Shown one piece after another: positions 18,952 through 21,231 of a stretch of 21,231 bases of DNA. A program made the position numbers and the translations under genes. Every line of letters starts with the position of its first letter. The stretch's first letter is position 1. Origin of the DNA: Catajapyx aquilonaris (taxonomy: Eukaryota); the NCBI GenBank assembly GCA_000934665.2, contig JYFJ02000319.1, positions 124,001 to 145,231 of the forward strand, read 5' to 3'. Below the pieces are notes generated by a model that was given only the letters and a program-made list of their open reading frames with translations, made no database searches and was not told where the DNA came from.

Positions 18952-20456
18952 TGACATTCAGCTCGGAGGTCCAGGTGTCAGAATATCCTCCTGCAGCCTC
19001 TCCATCCCCTCCACCCTCCTCATCACCATGTGCCCCACTATCACCTCCTACACCATCACCTCCTACACCATCACCTCCTACACCATCACCTCCTACACCA
19101 TCACCTCCTACACCATCCCCTGACCCTCTTCCCCCACTACCATCCCTTCAGGTGACGGAGCCACTGGAAGTGATAGCTGCATCTTCAGTAGTGACACCCA
19201 CAACATCTTCACTTGTGACGACCCCAACCTCATCATTGATGACATCCACAACCTCATCATTAGTGACATCAACAACCTCATCATTAGTGACAGCTGCAAC
19301 CTCATCATTAGTGACAGCCGCAACCTCATCTGCAGTGACAGATGCAACCTTATCTTTAGTGACAGATTCAACTTCATCATTAGTTACAGACACAACCTTG
19401 TCACTAGTGTCAGACCCAACCTCGTCGCTTGTGATGGCCTCAACCTCGTCACTCGTGACAGACACAACCCCGTCACTAGTGTCAGCCTCGCCTTTATCCT
19501 TAGTGTCATGTACATCTGCACCATTAGTGACAACTGTAACATCACCGCCAGTGACAGCAACCTCACAGTTAGTGACTCCTGCTGCAACTTCACAGTTAGT
19601 GACAGTCACAGCATCACCATTTGGTACGGTGACAGCCCCACCAATAGTGACAGTTACAGCCTCACCATTTGTGACAGCAACAGCATCACCATTAATGACA
19701 GCTGCAATGTCACCATTAGTAACAGCTATGTCGCCTCCATTAGTAACTGCTGCATTGTCACCATTAGTGACAGCATTGTCACCCTCGCTAGTGACGGCTC
19801 TATCACCACCATTAGTTACAGCTCTGTCGCCGCCATTAGTGACAGCTTTGTCACCACCCTTAGTGACCGCAACAATGTCGCCATTAGTGACATCTGTAAT
19901 GTCACCATTAGTGACAGCAGTGACTGAGTCATTAGTGATGACAGTGGCAATGGCACCCCCACTGCCAGTGACAGTGACAAGTGCGATGCCTACAATACCA
20001 GTGTCGGTGGTGTCACCAGTGTCTCAGCCTGAATCAACATCGCTGGTGACTTGGGTGACGACATCTTCACCTTTCCTGGTTCCTCCTCCCCTTCCCCCAC
20101 TTCCACATTCTCCTTCTCTTCCTCCACCTCTTCCTTCTCCACCTCCACCGTTGCCCAGACCAGCGTGTCCTCCAGTGGCAACTGTAATACCCAGTGTGCA
20201 GCACCAGCCCAATATCACCACCACATTGGTTCGACCAATGGCCCCACCCATGCTCCCACCCCTTGGTCCACCACTTCCACCATTGCCTCTAGCCCCAAAA
20301 CTACCACCAGTGTCTGTGGCAGCCGTGGCGCCTCTTGTGACTGGCATTCCTGCTGTAACTTCTACTGCGGCTTCAGGGGCCACCTTGGGTCCTCCATCAG
20401 TTCCGATGACAAGCTACACGCCCATGAGTGGGAGTGGGGGTGGTCCTGTCGCCCAG
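18952..20456 (+). CDS. Asx: Asx large Pro/Thr/Ser-rich exon (gene continues beyond the window; PHD finger not seen)
   Basis: Strong acceptor ttctttctcctttctactcag with phase 1 matching the previous exon; 1.5-kb open frame; donor CAG|GTGAGG at 20457, with an alternative at 20505. Confidence 0.72.
19041..19115 (+). repeat. 15-bp coding tandem repeat (SPPTP x5)
   Basis: tcacctcctacacca at 19041, 19056, 19071, 19086 and 19101. Confidence 0.95.
19176..19945 (+). repeat. Degenerate 24-bp coding minisatellite (8-aa TSSLVTxx / SPLVTAxx units)
   Basis: Recurrent (c/t)cattagtgaca core at mostly 24-nt spacing, about 30 units. Confidence 0.9.
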
Positions 20457-20943
20457 GTGAGGCCATACAACCGGGCGAGGGCCAGCGTCAGGGGAATGTC
20501 GCAGGTGAGGTGCACTGCCATCACAGTGGTGGCGCCATTTACAATGTGAAGTGGTAGCACCAGAGGACATCTTCCTAGTACTTCTTTCTTAAAGTTGTGT
20601 ATTTACTAACGAGAGGTGAAGCAGGTGAGCTGTTCTGTAGAGCATGGTCACATTAGCTGTAGAGTATTATCCAGATGAAGTGATTCTTCATTTTATGGCA
20701 AGACAACAACAGGTTCTATGTTAACTGACCTGGTGTGGTAAGAAGTGTCTTGAGTTTCTTTCACGTTCAGATCTGATGGTTCTTAGCATGTTCGCTTCTC
20801 GAGCTATTCCTGGAAGTTGAAGGAACTCCCGTACCCTTAAGACATTGATCAGTTTATATCATGAATTCTTGTAGAAGAAAAGACTGAGATCAAGTGCAGT
20901 TCAGCTTAACAACATTGGAAGCACTCATGCAGTCATTACCCTA

Positions 20944-21231
20944 CAGTCAAAATAAAGAATTAAGAGCGCGCTCTAGGCTACGCTATTCATTGTTGCGGGT
21001 AGCCCGTCGCGGGCCGGCCCGTGAGTTTGACACTTCTTCATCTCGCTGTCACGGCCGCAAATATGGAGGTATCGGCATGAAACTAGAGTATATGGACGCG
21101 AAAGAGTTGCACTTTGAGATGGTGCGCTTATTTGTCTCCTGGGGCGATATTTGCGGCCGCCGCGGCCAGGTACAGTTTTTTATTTTGACCCGCAATTACT
21201 CCTTTCCATGTCGATAACAGTGAAATTCGAG
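20944..21231. mobile_element. CpG-rich insertion, probably a transposon cut off by the window end
   Basis: Abrupt change to CpG-rich sequence after TA|CAGTC in otherwise CpG-poor intron; the other end is not visible. Confidence 0.3.

Noticed and set aside
19108..20557. Antisense and alternative-frame ORFs over the repeat exon
   Set aside because: Expected shadows of a 3n-periodic, stop-poor repeat.

Overview
Eukaryotic genomic DNA, most likely from an insect (inferred from the protein sequences and SINE type). Three genes are present. (1) The last coding exon of an unidentified + strand gene with a Tyr/Pro/Gly/Gln-rich tail (12-435). (2) A complete six-exon transcription elongation factor TFIIS gene on the - strand (ATG 9954 to TAA 1453; 906 nt, 301 aa). 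(3) The 5' part of Additional sex combs (Asx/ASXL, DEUBAD domain) on the + strand, divergent from TFIIS across a CpG-rich promoter with CCAAT and YY1/Pho-type motifs (~10430-10870). The introns are packed with non-autonomous transposons whose ends and target-site duplications (TSDs) can be read directly: Tc1/mariner/pogo, PIF/Harbinger and P-like MITEs, a Helitron, a tRNA-derived SINE, and a nested stack in which a hAT contains a Kolobok-like element (itself containing a mariner) plus a foldback MITE. I see no convincing new multi-gene system. The most unusual items are the nested stack, two mirror-image 'end-swapped' mariner MITEs, a mucin-like repeat exon in Asx, and the symmetric YY1 bidirectional promoter. 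Exon boundaries were derived by hand from GT/AG signals and phase matching; no database searches were run.
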